Source: Geosiphon pyriformis uo1 (Eukaryota > Fungi > Glomeromycota). From it: a stretch of DNA of 64,000 nucleotides. Each line of letters begins with the position of its first letter. The first letter of the stretch is position 1. Where the stretch lies: assembly GCA_016748015.1 (NCBI GenBank), contig JAAOMT010000435.1:186001-250000 (forward strand). The letters run 5' to 3'. The notes below the pieces were generated by a model. That model ran no database searches. It was not told where the DNA came from and saw nothing but the letters and a program-made list of their open reading frames with translations. Shown here one piece after another: positions 13,700-27,251 of this stretch. The position numbers and the translations under genes are program-made.

Positions 13700-15290
13700 T
13701 TTAATTAAAAAAAACTATGATATTTATGTATATAATTTGAAAAGCTCTGTTAAACAATTTAAAAAAATTGCTGTTAAGTCTAATGTTGTGAATTTTTTTA
13801 TTAGATCTTTGGTTATATTTTTATTAGATCTTTGGTTATAAATATATTAAAAATTAGTAATTTAATCAAATGTTATTTTTAAGACAATAAAATTAATAGT
13901 AAAGAAAGTAGTATTAATAAGATATTTAATCTAAAGAATTTAAAAAACATATTAATAAAGAAAACCAGTTTTATTAACTTATATATAATAACAAACTCAT
14001 AAATAAAATTATGCTAAAGAATATTTGTATTAAAACTTATAATTTAGTAATATTTTCTAAAAAATTGTCTTTTAATATGCTAAATAATAATAATATTTTC
14101 AACTTGTTACTGCTTATACTTATTATACTAAATTATTTATGACTACAAAAATTAAAGAAAGCAGAGTTTTTAAACTAGTTAAGTTTTTTATGCTAAATAT
14201 TAGTTTTATTGTGGTTTTTAACAAGTTGTTAATTAAAAAAGTTAAATTTATTAAAAAACTTATTTATTAAATTAACAGTTTTAGAAAAGTGTTAACTTTT
14301 TCAAAATTCTAAGGCATTATTAGTTTATATTTACATCTAGAATTAGTTTAGAAGCCACTAAGCAACTGATTGTAGATACAAATATAGTAGTCAACTTTAA
14401 TCTTAAAAAAATTAATATCAAATTAAATTAAGAAGTTATTATTAAGAAAATTTTAATTAATCTGTTTAAATTGGCTCTTAAATCAATTTTAGCTAAATAT
14501 AAAATTGTAAAATCTATTAAAATACAACTTATTAATTTTTAATAAAAAATGTTGGTCAAATTTAATAGTATAAGAATTATTGATTTGGTTGTTTCTAAAT
14601 AATTAATTTTGTTGGACAAAGACTTTATTTATATGGTTAAAGCTAATAAAAACAAACAAATATAAAATTTTAAGACTGTTATTATGTTTTTTTATACATT
14701 TTGCTAATAAACATTATTATTCACAATTTTTCTGATTTTTTGCTGTCCTATAGTAAAAAAATATGTTTTATTTATAAAACTTTATATTATATACATATAT
14801 ATTATGTTGTTATATGTTTTAAGTCTGCTAATATCAAAAATACTGTTATTTATTCAACTTTAATTTTCAAGAGTGTAAGTTTAACCTAAATTAATTTGTT
14901 AATTTTTGTATATATTAAGTATATAAAATATGATCATTTTTTAAAATCTCTTAGTCAAAGTTGGAAAAAATAATTTTTAAAATTTGACAAGAAACATTTC
15001 ACTTTTATTTATGTTAAGCTCAAATTTTTTGTTTAGTATTTTTTTAACAAAACTATTACTTAGTATTTTCAATGATGCTTTTATGACTTTAATTTTAACT
15101 TATTAACTAAATATTCTAGAATATTTTTTAAAATACTTAGTAAACTGTATAGTTAAAATTTTTTTTAAATTGAATAGTTTTTGTTTATTATTATTTTCTC
15201 TAAATGCTGAAATATAGCTTATACAAATTGTTAAGCCAAATTTAAATTCAATTATTAATGTATTATTATATGTTTTCTAAGTATTATTAA
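13700..15290 (+). mobile_element. LINE copy L3: heavily decayed ORF1 only, truncated by an LTR insertion at 15291
   Basis: Nucleotide and peptide similarity to ORF1 ('KSIKIQLI..KMLVKF' near 14510-14560, 'LLINIIIHNFSDFL'). No ORF2 remainder found. Confidence 0.7.
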
Positions 15291-16123
15291 TATTATAAGT
15301 GATTATTTAGGGTGTTAAAACAAATAACAAATCTGTAACTTGGTACTTAATAATTAAAAATTTTGGTAATTTCTAAAAATTTTGGAGTTTGAAAGTTTTG
15401 GTTGAGTTTTTTGTATAATAAACAGAGATTTAATTAATGGTTTTATTCTGTAAATTTTTTTTTAATATAATGACCAATTTATTTTGGCAGTTATGTTTTT
15501 CTGATAAGCTATTCTTAAATTTTTACTCTTGTTTTCAGATTTTTTACTAGACTATTCTTAATGTTAATTACTCAGTACTTAATCTTTTAATTAATTGTAA
15601 ACAACAAAAAAAACAAAATAAAAGAAAATAAAAAGAAAATAAGAAAAGAAATAAAAAATTAGTATTCTGTTAATAGCCATGATCAAAAGCTATTGGTCTA
15701 ATATAGTTAAGTATTAAATTTTATTAACATAAAGTGTTAATAGTGTGAAATAGATTAATATTTTTTTAATTAAGTAATGATAATATGAATTTGGATAATA
15801 ATAAATATTTTATTGATATAAGTATAATTTTATTTCAAGTTATAGAAAACTATTTTTTAAAGGAAGAAGTATTGTTGTTCTGAATTAATCTGTCTTTTTC
15901 TATTTTTAACATTTTCATTATATATACATAATTTGTGTTATACGAAATTTCTTAAAATTTTTCAATTTTTTTAAAAAAATTCTGAAATTCTGCAATTCTT
16001 TGAGAGAAATTCTGAAATTCTGTAATTTTTTGAAAGAAATCTTAAAATTCTTCTTTTTACTATGCCTATTTCTGATTAGCTATTTTATCTACTTATTATA
16101 ATCTCTAATTTTTATAAATAATA
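15291..16123 (-). repeat. 3' LTR of Gypsy copy A (family 1 LTR)
   Basis: Termini tattata...taata (decayed TGTTA..TAACA). Homologous to the LTRs at 27252, 32429, 38209, 40531, 47807, 48885, 51050 and 53432. Followed on + by the pyrimidine tract ttattcttttctttt, which is the PPT on -. Confidence 0.85.
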
Positions 16124-19100
16124 TTATTCTTTTCTTTTAATAGTAAGCTTTATTAAGATTTCTTAAATCTTTTAAATCTCTTTTTTGGATTAACTTTATA
16201 ACTTTTTTCTCAAAAATTGCTTTTGTAATTCTGGTTTGTAATTTTTTAAATTGAGCATTGGTTAATTTCCCAATTAATTAATAGTTACTGTATTTATTTC
16301 TGGGTGTAGTAGTATTTCTAGCCAGTTTTAAAATCTTATTTGTAGTCAATAAACGGCTTTTGTGTATGTAAATAAATTGCTTTTTTTCATAACTTGTTTA
16401 ATTTATTATATTATAGTTAGATCAAATATTTTTTTGGTTTTATTTGTGTATAAGTTCTGAATGTTTAGTTTCTGTTTTAAATAATAATAACAAAAGTTTT
16501 TAGAAATTTGTTGTGTCTATTGGTTTTAATTTTCTAAAATAAATTTTTTATCTGGTATTAATATTTTTGGAGTTTCCAATGTTTTTTCCACTTTTTTTAT
16601 TATTTTGTTTATTAGATTTCTAAAAGTATAATATTTAGGGTATTATTTTTTACTTTGGGATCTTTAAATTACTTTTTTGTCTTTATATTGTATTGTTTGT
16701 TTGTTAATAATAACTTTAAAACTTAATTTTTGATGTTGGATAAATTGTAAAAGTTGTTGTATAAGTAAGTAAATGTTGTTGATAATTTCCATTTTTATTA
16801 TTGCTTTCATTACATATGTTGGTTTTTATATACTGTTTTGATCAATCAATTTAACATGTTTGTTTTAATAATTATAATTGGTTTCAAATCTTGTAGAATT
16901 TCATCTAATTTAACTAGTATTTGTTATACTTCTAATTGTGGAATATTATTGGTAAATAATAATGCTGTTTTGGCTAAAATTTTATTGTCTCATCTTAACT
17001 TGTATGTTCTGTTTTTCAAAATTTTTTTAATGTAAAATAAACTGTCCTATTTGGGATTAAATATTTTACTTTATTGTTTTTTTGCTTTGGTATAATATAA
17101 AAATATTTTGTTTCCAATTCTGAATTTAGCTGGTTTATCTAGTAACTAGTTATTATGTTATTTTTTTTGTTTTTTTTATGATTTTGTATATTATCAGCTG
17201 TTTTTTGTCTTTTGTTTTCTAGAGTTTTTATTAAGTTATATGTTTTTCTTAGCAATGTTTTTTGCAAATTAACTTCTGTTATTAGTTTGGCTAGATATGT
17301 ATTGATTTTTATCTTAACTAGTAATATTGCTGTTCTATTATAGATTAATTCAAATAGTATTGTTTATGTAATATCTTGCTTTATTGTCTAATAAGCAAAT
17401 AATACTAATAGTATAAATAAATTCTATTTGTTCTGATTTTCTTGGCTGATCTTGGCTATTGTTTTATACAATGTTCTGTTAAATTTTTTGATTAAGCCAT
17501 TGGTCTGTAAATAATATGCTGATAATAATAGTCTTTTAATTTTAAATTTCTGACTTATTCTGTTAATGTTTTGTTTACAAAATGAATTTTTTGGTCTAAT
17601 AATAATTTTTTTAAACATTTATGTCAACAAATTAAATTTTGATATACAAAATCGACTACAAATTTTGCATCTGCTCTTTAAATTGCTTTAACTTCTGGCC
17701 ATTTTGTAATATAATTTATAGCTACTGCAATATATCTGTTGCTTTTACTGGTTATTGTCAATAGTTTAATTAAGTTAATTTCAATTCAATTAAATGATTG
17801 TCTTACTTTAATTGGTCTTAGTAGTTTGTTGGGTCTTGTTTTTTTTTTTCTTTAATAAACATTACAACTTTGAATATATTAAATAATATTTAAATATATT
17901 AATGGCCAGTAATATTTTTTTCTGGTTTTTTTCATGGTTGCTTCTTTATAAAAATGTTTTGCTGTTAGATTTGAATACATGTTAAACAGTATTATTTTTT
18001 TTCTGACTTTATAATTATTCTAAGTAGTTGATCTGAATTTTTTCTGTTTTTCTAATATAATATATTTTGATTGTTGTTTTATGTGGTTTTGTTTTTTTTG
18101 AGATAATTTCTTCTTAAATTATTAAGTATTAATATAATATTAAAGTTGTTAGTATTTTTGTATATTTATTTTTTGTTATATTTTTGGGTTAAAATATTTT
18201 TAGATTTGTCTTATTTATAACAATCTATCAGCATTTCTGTTATTTTTTCTTTTTTTATAATGCATTATATAATTAAATAGTAAGAGTTCTATTTTTTATC
18301 TGATATAACAATCATCTCCAAATTTTTGTTTTTAGATTAATGTCAATCTTTTGTAATTAGTGTACACTTCAAACTTCTGTTTTAAGTATTTCTTCCATTT
18401 TATAACAATTCAATAGATAATTAAATGTTTTAGTGCTAGAATTTTATAATTTTTTTTAGCTGAACTCAAATTTTGACTGGCATATACTATTAAATATTCT
18501 TATTCATTGGTTTTTTTTTGTGACAATATGGCTTCTAATAATTGACCAAATATATTAGTAATAATAATAAATGACTTGCTATAATCTGAATAGATTAATA
18601 CTAGAGCTTGAATAAGCTTTTTTCTTAAAATATCAAAAACTTTTTATTGAGTTTCAGTCTATTCATATTTTATGTTTTTTGCTTGGAGCTGGTAAAATGG
18701 TTGCATCAGTTTGGAGAAGTTTTGAATAAAATGATAATAGTATCCAACAAATCCAAAAAATGCTCTTAGTTCTATCAAGTTTGTTAATACTAGAAAATTC
18801 TAGACTATTTCGATTTTATCTGAATCTATTTTAATGTCATTTTTGTTTATAACATATCCCAAAAACTTGAGTTCAGTTTTTTTAAAGAAGCATTTGGTAG
18901 TATTCAGTTTTAGTCTAGCTTTTTTTAACTTTTTAAATATTTGTTAAAAATAGTAAAAGTAATCATCAAATGTTTTAAAAAACATATTTGTGTTATCTAA
19001 ATAAACTACTACTAATTTCTATAGTAGTTTTGTATAAACAATTTCCATTAATTATTGAAAAGTAGCAAAAACATTGGTTAAGCCAAAAAATATAACATCA

Positions 19101-19472
19101 AATTCGAAATTTTTTCTCTAATAGTGAATGCTATCTTTTTTTTATTGGCTAAATTCATGGCTATTTGCCAGTAATCATTATCTAAATTCAATATTAAAAA
19201 CCATTTTTTCTCTTCAAAAGCATCAAATAATTTTTGAATCTGTAAAGTTAAATAATTATTTCTTCAAGTAATACTGTTAAGCTTTTTGTAATCCACATAA
19301 AAATGGATTTTTTTATTTTTTTTTCAGACAAATACTATTGGTAATAATCATAGACTTATTAATAATTGAATTAACTTATTGTCCAATATTTAGTTAATTT
19401 TTTAACAAATAATCTCATGGCTGGTTAGTAGTATTTGGTATATTTTTTACTTAATTAACATTGTATCTTCAG

Positions 19473-20425
19473 TGTTACCAGTAAAATTTTAGCTATTAAT
19501 TAGCATAAAATTACCTTCATAATTTCTATTATTATTTAATATATATTATTATCATTTCAATTATCCCTTATTAGTTAATTAAATTATCAAATATTATCAT
19601 TCAATTAATAATCCAATTTGTATCATAAAAATTAAGATAATCAAATTACACAATACTCTAAATCATTTAATATTTAAAAATTCGCCAAAATTAGCAGAAA
19701 TTGGCCGAAATAATCAATAATTTGTGGAAATAACTTGTAGTTTGCTGAAATGTATTTTTAGTTTACTGAAATTAAAGCAAAAAAAAAAGTGCAAGTTCAA
19801 AGACTAGTACTACAACAAGTTGTATAAAAGAAGAGCTTCTTTCTTCAAGAAAATGTATCTTATTTTTAGATATCTTAATTAGAACAAATTATCTTTTACA
19901 TATCCTTACAAAATCAAATAAAAATCAAATATTTGAAAACCAAATTCTTAATTATTACACTTGGAATTTTCTCAAAACAATTAAAATTTTGAAGTTAATT
20001 AGCTATTAATTTCAATAATCTGTTAATAACTCCAAGCCTGGATAAAAAACGATTCTTTTAACAAAATTCTATTTTTTTTATATTTCTTTTATTTTTTTTA
20101 CTTTTCTTATTATAATTATTAAGATAGCCTACAGACAAGATTTTTGTAGAAAAGTTGATTTTTACAGCAAAGTAACTACACATTTTTAGTAAGCTTCCAG
20201 ACAAGCAATTCCTGAGAAAGAGTTAATGTTTACTATAATGTAACTACACAAAATAACTAACACAGAATTGGCCATTCTACTTATAAGCCCAGCAGTTCAA
20301 ATTATAAAAGATAATTTAAAGATAAATTTAGTTTTTAGAGATTTAACTACTTTCAGAAAATGTGAATTCATAACAAATAGACATTAACAACATTCAAGAA
20401 AAGAAACCAAAAACCTTTAATAACA
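19473..20425. mobile_element. Solo LTR of a third family inserted in the RT of copy A
   Basis: Begins TGTTACC and ends AATAACA, flanked by tcag/ccag (4-bp TSD). The host RT is continuous across it and copy B has a single ccag at the equivalent site (~44845). Confidence 0.8.
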
Positions 20426-20984
20426 CCAGTTTTAATCTAATATTAAATGATATTAGTTTTGTCAAATTTGTTTTCATTGGCAAAAATATCAGTAAAATTG
20501 TTAAATAGCATCTTGAGTTGTATATATTGGAATAAGTCTAAGTTTTCCAAATTTATTTGCTTCAACCAGTTTAATTGTAGCAAATAACATTTTTTTTATC
20601 TATATATTGTTTGTAATATAATATCTACATATTCATATAGTTGTAAAAAGTTTGAAATAGTAGTTAGTAGTTGGTTCTCAACTTTAATACTTAAGTATTT
20701 GATGATAATTTTGATTGGTATTTTTATGGAATCTTTAATTGTGTTGTGTATTGAAATCTTAAGATGTTTGTGGTTTTTGATTGGTATATATAGATTGGTA
20801 ATACCAATCTCTCTGAATTCACAAATAGTGACTTTTACTTCAAAAATTTGGAGTTGATTCTTTATTTTTCTTTTTATAACTAATATATACTAGTCATATA
20901 ATAGAATAGAAATTGATTAATAGGTAAAGATAATTTTTTTTATTAATTGTTTTCTCCTCTATTATATTGACTAATATTTTTATT

Positions 20985-21380
20985 TTATCTGTGGATCTGA
21001 ATTTATTTTTTTTTCTTGTTGTGATTCTTAACTCTTTTTTTGTTCTCATTAATATTAATTGAATTATTTTTACTAAAGATAGGAATATTGTCTGTGCTAT
21101 CTTTTTATTTGGTTCAATTATGTATGTTTTTTTTAATTTATTTTATAGTATTACAATAATATTTTCTATATATTTGCATCAATTATTTTTTTTTTAATAT
21201 TAATCTTTTTTTTTGTTTAACTAAATCTAAATATTAATTGAACTATTGTTGTTGTCAGAATTTTCAGAGCTATTTTTAAATTAATATTGGTACACAAATA
21301 AGATTCCAATCTGCTAACAGTTTTTTCTGGATATTTGAGATCAAATTTTGCATCAGTATCATGTATATGTTCTGGCATAA
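20985..21380 (-). pseudogene. dUTPase domain within Gypsy pol (copy A), decayed
   Basis: Manual translation gives MPEHIHDTDAKFDLKYP (motif 1, AGxDL) through to TTRKKNKFRSTD (motif 5, RGxxGFGSTG). Differences from the motifs are mostly G>A. Confidence 0.8.
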
Positions 21381-22199
21381 TATCTTTATTATTATTGTTG
21401 AATTATTTGAGTTTCTGCTTCTTAAAAAATCTAAAAGTGCAATATATTGTTTGGAATTAAAATCAGAATTTAAATTATTATTGCTATTGTTGTTATTGTA
21501 GATATTATTGAAATTATTGTTGTTATTATTGTTGAAATTTGAATTACAATTAAATTTTAATTCTGATTCCAAAACACAACTGCTAATTGGTTTTTTTTTT
21601 CAAAGATTGAATAAATTATGTATAGTAGTGAATTATAAATGAGATTACAATTATTACAATATTCAAATTCATTGAAAATTAGACAATATTTACAAAGTCT
21701 AGTATTTAATTGTTCTAAATACTGCTTTTATTCTTAAATGAATGCTAAATCTTAGTAGTATTCATAAAATTGTTCTGAATCACTCAAGATATTAACAAAA
21801 ATATTTAGATTTAGGATAAAAATAGTTTTGATAAGTTCTAATAAGTTGTTTTTAATGACAAATATTTTGCTAAGTAAAATGCTTTTAATTTTGACATTTG
21901 TCATTCTCTAAATTTTATCTTTGTTATGTGAATAATTATCTAAGTATGAAAGTACTTAATTCTATACAGTATTGAAAGGTATTTTTTGGCTTATTCAGTT
22001 ATTTATAAGAATTATGTATTAACATGATAGATTGTATATTTCTTCTTGACCAGAAATGTTATTTTATATTTCTTTATTGAATAATGTTTCTCTACAAATG
22101 AAACATAGTTTGTTGTCCTACTTTTTTTGTTATTTTAAATAACCAAAACATTTTTTGTAACATATTTTGCAGTAGCAAATATGCATTTTATAGTTTTCT

Positions 22200-25100
22200 G
22201 CTAATAAAATTCCAAAAAAAAACACCAAAAACCAATAAATGCTCTTATAAAACTAAACTTATTAATAATAATAATGTTATCTCTTTAATCTGCAAAGCCT
22301 AAGTAACTGGTTATTTTATTAATTTAATTTTAAACATTAAATTATTTGTTAGCATTATTGCCAAACATTTTTTAAAGCAATTAGCAGAAAAATTAATGAA
22401 CTTTTTACTTAATCAATGACTAATATACATGATGACAAAAAAAAAAGTCAGAACACAGCCAAAACTATTCTTGTTTACATTAATAACATCAGTATTAAAA
22501 TTAACATAGAAGTATTAGAGCCAAAAAGTACATCATAATTGTTGACAATAAATAACTTAAGAAAACCAAAGTTTTACTTAACTATAAACTGTATAAATTA
22601 ATTATTAGATGTAATAAAAAGTCTATTATAATTAAGTATTACCATTAGACAACTTTTTTAGTATCCAAACAAAATTAAAAAGAAAAACAATCAAATAAAT
22701 CAAATAATAAAGAGAACAATAAAAAAAAGAACAAAAAAAATTATTGAACTTACTTATACTATCTTCACCAGTAATAACAAGTCACTAAACAATATCAAAG
22801 TTAACAAAAAAAATTATTGTAAATAGCAAGTTAATTTGCTGATTCTACTATAATATTTTTAAAAAAATTTTTAATAGAAAGCTTAACAAAAAAGCCAAAT
22901 ACAATTATTAATAATATAATTTTTATGTCCAATACTAGTACAATAAACTATTGTATTCTTCTAATAATAAATATATATTTTGTTTGATCTATTACAAAAA
23001 TTAAAACCCAATTAGTTTGATATTTTTAAAAGGAATAAAAGAAGTACAAAAGTACTTTAAAAGTAAACTACTATAAATACAGTCATTAATAATAAAATAA
23101 AGAAAACTTTTTTCAAAAGAAAAAAAAATTGACATTGAAAATTTGCTGGCTAAAAATAGTTCAGTTATCTCAAAAAAATATATTTCTAGATGTATTTATG
23201 TTATACAACATATTATTTCCATCAAAAAAACTTGTTCTATTTATTTAAAGTCTTATCAATCCAATTGCTATAATAATAAGTTTATTAAAAAAAAAATAAA
23301 CCAGATGAAAAATTTTGGATTTATACAAAAAACCAAAAGTAAATAAACATTTTTAGTTGTAATTGTATCTAAAAAAGATAGAACTCTATACTTTTGTGTT
23401 AACTATTGCCAATTAAATATTATTACTAAAAAAGACATATATCTACTTTTCAAAATTAATGCAATGTTAAATCAATTCAATAGTGCTGCTTTTTTCTCAA
23501 CTATTGATTTAATTACTGAATTTTGGCAAGTAGAAATAAATTCAAAAAGCAAAAAAAACTGTTTTTATTATCAAAAATGACATCTATGAATTCACAGTTA
23601 TGCTTTTTGGTCTTATTAATACTTTTCTCACTTTTCAATGTCTAATAAACAAAGTATTTAAATCAGTAAAAAAAATTTTGTTTTGGTCTATTTAGATAAT
23701 ATAATAGTATATTTAAAAACCTGAAATAAATACTTTAAACATTTATAAAAAGTTTTTGATTTTTTTAAAAATGCTGATCTCAAGATCAATTCAATTAAAT
23801 CTTTTTTTGAATATTAATTCATCTAGTTTTTTGGTTATTTTATTATAAAAGATAAAATTTTTCTTAACTTAACTAAGATTAAAAAGATTTAGAACATTAA
23901 ACAACCAATAAATATTTATAAACTATGCTTTTTTCTTGGTTTAATATCTTATTATAATAAATTTGTTAAAAATTTTTCCAAAATCATTTTTTTACTTAAT
24001 TAGTTATTTAAGAAAACTGTCAATTATTATTAGAACACATATTAACAAAAAGCTTTTAAAACTTTGAAAAAAAACTAATTACTAGACCAATTCTAAAACA
24101 ATCTAATTTGAATTAACTTTTTATTTTTTATACTAATATATTTGATTTTGGACTTGATACTGTTTTATCTTAAAAAAATAAAAATAAAAAAAAATATTTT
24201 CATAGCTTATATTAGCAGATTTTTTTCTCTAGCAAAACAAAATTACTTAGTAACTAAAGAAAAATGCTTAGCAGTAATATAGTTTATTAATTATTAAAGT
24301 AAATATCTTCTTAATATAAAGTTTTTAGTGATAACAAATTACTAAGTTTTAGTTTGGCTATGCAACAAAAAGAAGCTAAAACACAAATAAATAACTTATT
24401 GAATACTTTATCCAGATGAATTTGACTATAATATACAATATCACAAAAAAGCTTATTATCAAAATACTAATGCTCTTTTTAGACTTATTATTCAGTAATA
24501 GTACAATTTTTTTAAACCAAACCAATTTAATTATTAGTAATTTTTTCTTAAACAAACATGATAATAAACTTAAACAACTATTCTGTCTTAATAAAATTTT
24601 TGAGTAAAAGACAATATCTATTAGATTATACTTAACAGCAAAAAAAATATTTGCACAAATAATTAAATTTCTATTTAATTTGTTAAAACCAATTTTACAA
24701 AAGAAATAAAAAAGATTTTAATCACTTTCAAAGAGTTATCAAATTTAAAAATGAAAAATTGTGATCTATAATATGCATACTAATCCATTAGTTAAATACT
24801 TTAAAAAAACAAAAACAATTCAAAAAACTCTTATTTACTATTATTAACCTATCTTGAAAAAAAACACTGCTAAATATATTAAAATCTGTAATATCTGCCA
24901 AAGAAAAAGAAAGCCCAATTACAAAGAAAAAATTTATTCAATCTCTGTTGGTTAACTATTTAACAGAATTAGTATAGATGTTGTTAGACTTTTAATCATA
25001 ATTTTTAATGATAATAGATACATTATTACAACTACTAACTATTTTATAAAATAAATAGAAATAAAAATCATTTTAGATTAAAAAGCAGTTTTTATTGCCA

Positions 25101-27251
25101 ACTTTATTTATAAAAATATTATTTGTTATCTTGACTGTTTTAAAAAACTTTTATTCAACAAAAAAAAAAGCTTTTTTCAATATATTGGTTGAAAAATTTT
25201 ATAGAAAAATGAGAATATATTATAAACTTTTTTCCTTTTATTACCTTTAAACAAATGATTTAGTAAAATATTTCAATAAAACACTATGTAAAATCTTAGC
25301 CAAAACCAGTAAAAAAACAAAATTATGAAACAAAGTACTGTCTTTAGTTTTGTTTGCTTATAAGACTGTAAATTATAACATAATAAATTATGAACTTTTT
25401 TATCTGCTCTATAAATAAATGACAATATTACCAATAAAAACTAATATTAAAACAATATTTTTTAATAAAATTACAATAAAAAATTACAAAGACATTTTGC
25501 AAAGAAAACTTAGTACCATTCTTAACTCTTTGGTAAAAACACAGATAATTGTTTTTGAAAAAATAAAACAGTTTCAAAAAAAACTTATAAAACACTTTTC
25601 TTAAGTATTGATAACTTAATTTTAAAATACTATTTAAACAAAAACAATGTCTATAGTAATAAATTTTCTAGTTAGTAAAAAAGATTTTTTATAGTTAATA
25701 AAGTTTTGAATAATAGTTCTTATATCTTACAAAATTAATATGAAACAATATTTAATAATTACTTTGTTAATAGTATATGACTCAAGAAATATTACAAATA
25801 ATCTGATTGGTTATTTGTTGTAATAATAACAGTCCAAATAATTAGCAATAATCAGATATAAATAAACACACTATTCTCAAAATAAAAGTATCTTTATTTG
25901 ACATAAACAATTATTTCTTAGATTAAAATATTCAAAATACTTTTTATACTTTTTATAAGTATTAGATCAAAAATTATCCAAATATTACTTTGATTATTGA
26001 AAAACAGACCACTATAACTGATAATAGTAGAACATATATTATTATTAGACCAAAAAAAACCACTACTAAAAAAAAAATTGGTAACAAAATAAATAAATAT
26101 ATACTTAAAAGCATAACAACAAGTATATTAATATCTTTTAATACACTTAAAAAAACAATTAAAGAAATCTTGTCTATAGACAAAAATCTGTTATATAGAA
26201 AATAACTAAAGCTCTATAGTCGACTTGGTAAAATAATAAAAGACATAAAGCTTATAAAGAAAACAACTTTAGAGATACAAGCAAAAATTCTGAGTATTAT
26301 ATACTTAGATGTTCTAAGAGTTTTGATTATTGTTAAAAAAACTAAAACTCTTATACAAAAATTTGGTTTCTTAAATACAAAACTTATCTTACTTCAGATA
26401 TTATATATTTTATTCACAAAAAACTTCAACAAACTAATTAGCTTTAAGTTAAACAAAATCTTTCAGATAAACTACTCTATAAATAGCTTGATTTTACCAG
26501 AGCTCAATTTCTTTAAAGAAGATAATATTATGATTAAAAACCATAGTTTTTATTAGTTATTTCATGTATTAGCCACTAATGTTATATAATTAATCACTCT
26601 ATTTTTAGATAATAACTATTAATCTAATTAATAATCTAATTATTAACTTGACTGTTAATTTGATCATTGATTTGATCAATAACTTAATTGTTGATTTGAT
26701 TAATAATCTAATTATTAACTATTTTTAATAGCTATATAAGTGATAAATCTCTTAACTGTAAAAAAATATAATCAAAATAACAAAATAAAAATCATTATTA
26801 ATTACTTTCTCTTATATTACTTAATTTTTTTTTTTCAAATATCTTAACATTTTGGGATAAAAAATTACTTGTTAGCATTTACATATCTTATTTTTTTTTT
26901 AATTTGTATTATTAAAAATTAGTCTGAGAAATAATTGTTTGCTTTTGTAATTTATTAAATAAAAAAATAATTAAAAAACACAATAATATCTGTTATTGAT
27001 TCTAAAAATTACCAAGTTAAAACATAGAATAATAGCAGTAGTATTATTTTTTTGACAATTATAGATTATTTTCTATCTTTAAATTCTCAAAAAAGATTTG
27101 TGACTGTAATTTTTATGAGATTAATTATGTATATTAAATTTTTACTTATTTAATTTACTTTTTTATTGTAATTCTCTCTTTGATTAATTTTATTACTTTA
27201 CAATTTTGTTCTCTTTTGCTATTTATTAGCTTGTTACTTTAACTTATAACA
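22200..27251 (+). mobile_element. Ty3/Gypsy family 2 copy C, 5'-truncated (PR, RT, RH, IN, extra ORF, 3' LTR)
   Basis: Colinear with copy D from the protease onward. RT 'VYLDNIIVY' at ~23686; integrase 'FNRISIDVV'. PPT tttaaagaagataa precedes the LTR. Confidence 0.88.
26526..27251 (+). repeat. 3' LTR of copy C (family 2 LTR)
   Basis: tattatg...ttataaca termini. Homologous to 28380-29047 and 36305-36994. Contains 12-bp tandem units and a gctatataag TATA-like motif. Confidence 0.87.

Larger units (their letters stand above)
15291..22200 (-). mobile_element. Ty3/Gypsy family 1 copy A, 5'-truncated (Cys-rich domain, dUTPase, RT, RH, IN, 3' region, 3' LTR)
   Basis: Minus-strand RT 'VVYLDNTN' (~18990), integrase 'AYYLQTNGLIKKFNRTL' (ORF 17424-17618), PPT adjacent to the LTR. 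Colinear with copy B. Confidence 0.88.

Noticed and set aside
21276-21572. Asn-rich ORF as a prion-like host protein
   Set aside because: It is the low-complexity linker in family 1 pol, and its Asn content is probably inflated by GAY>AAY decay.
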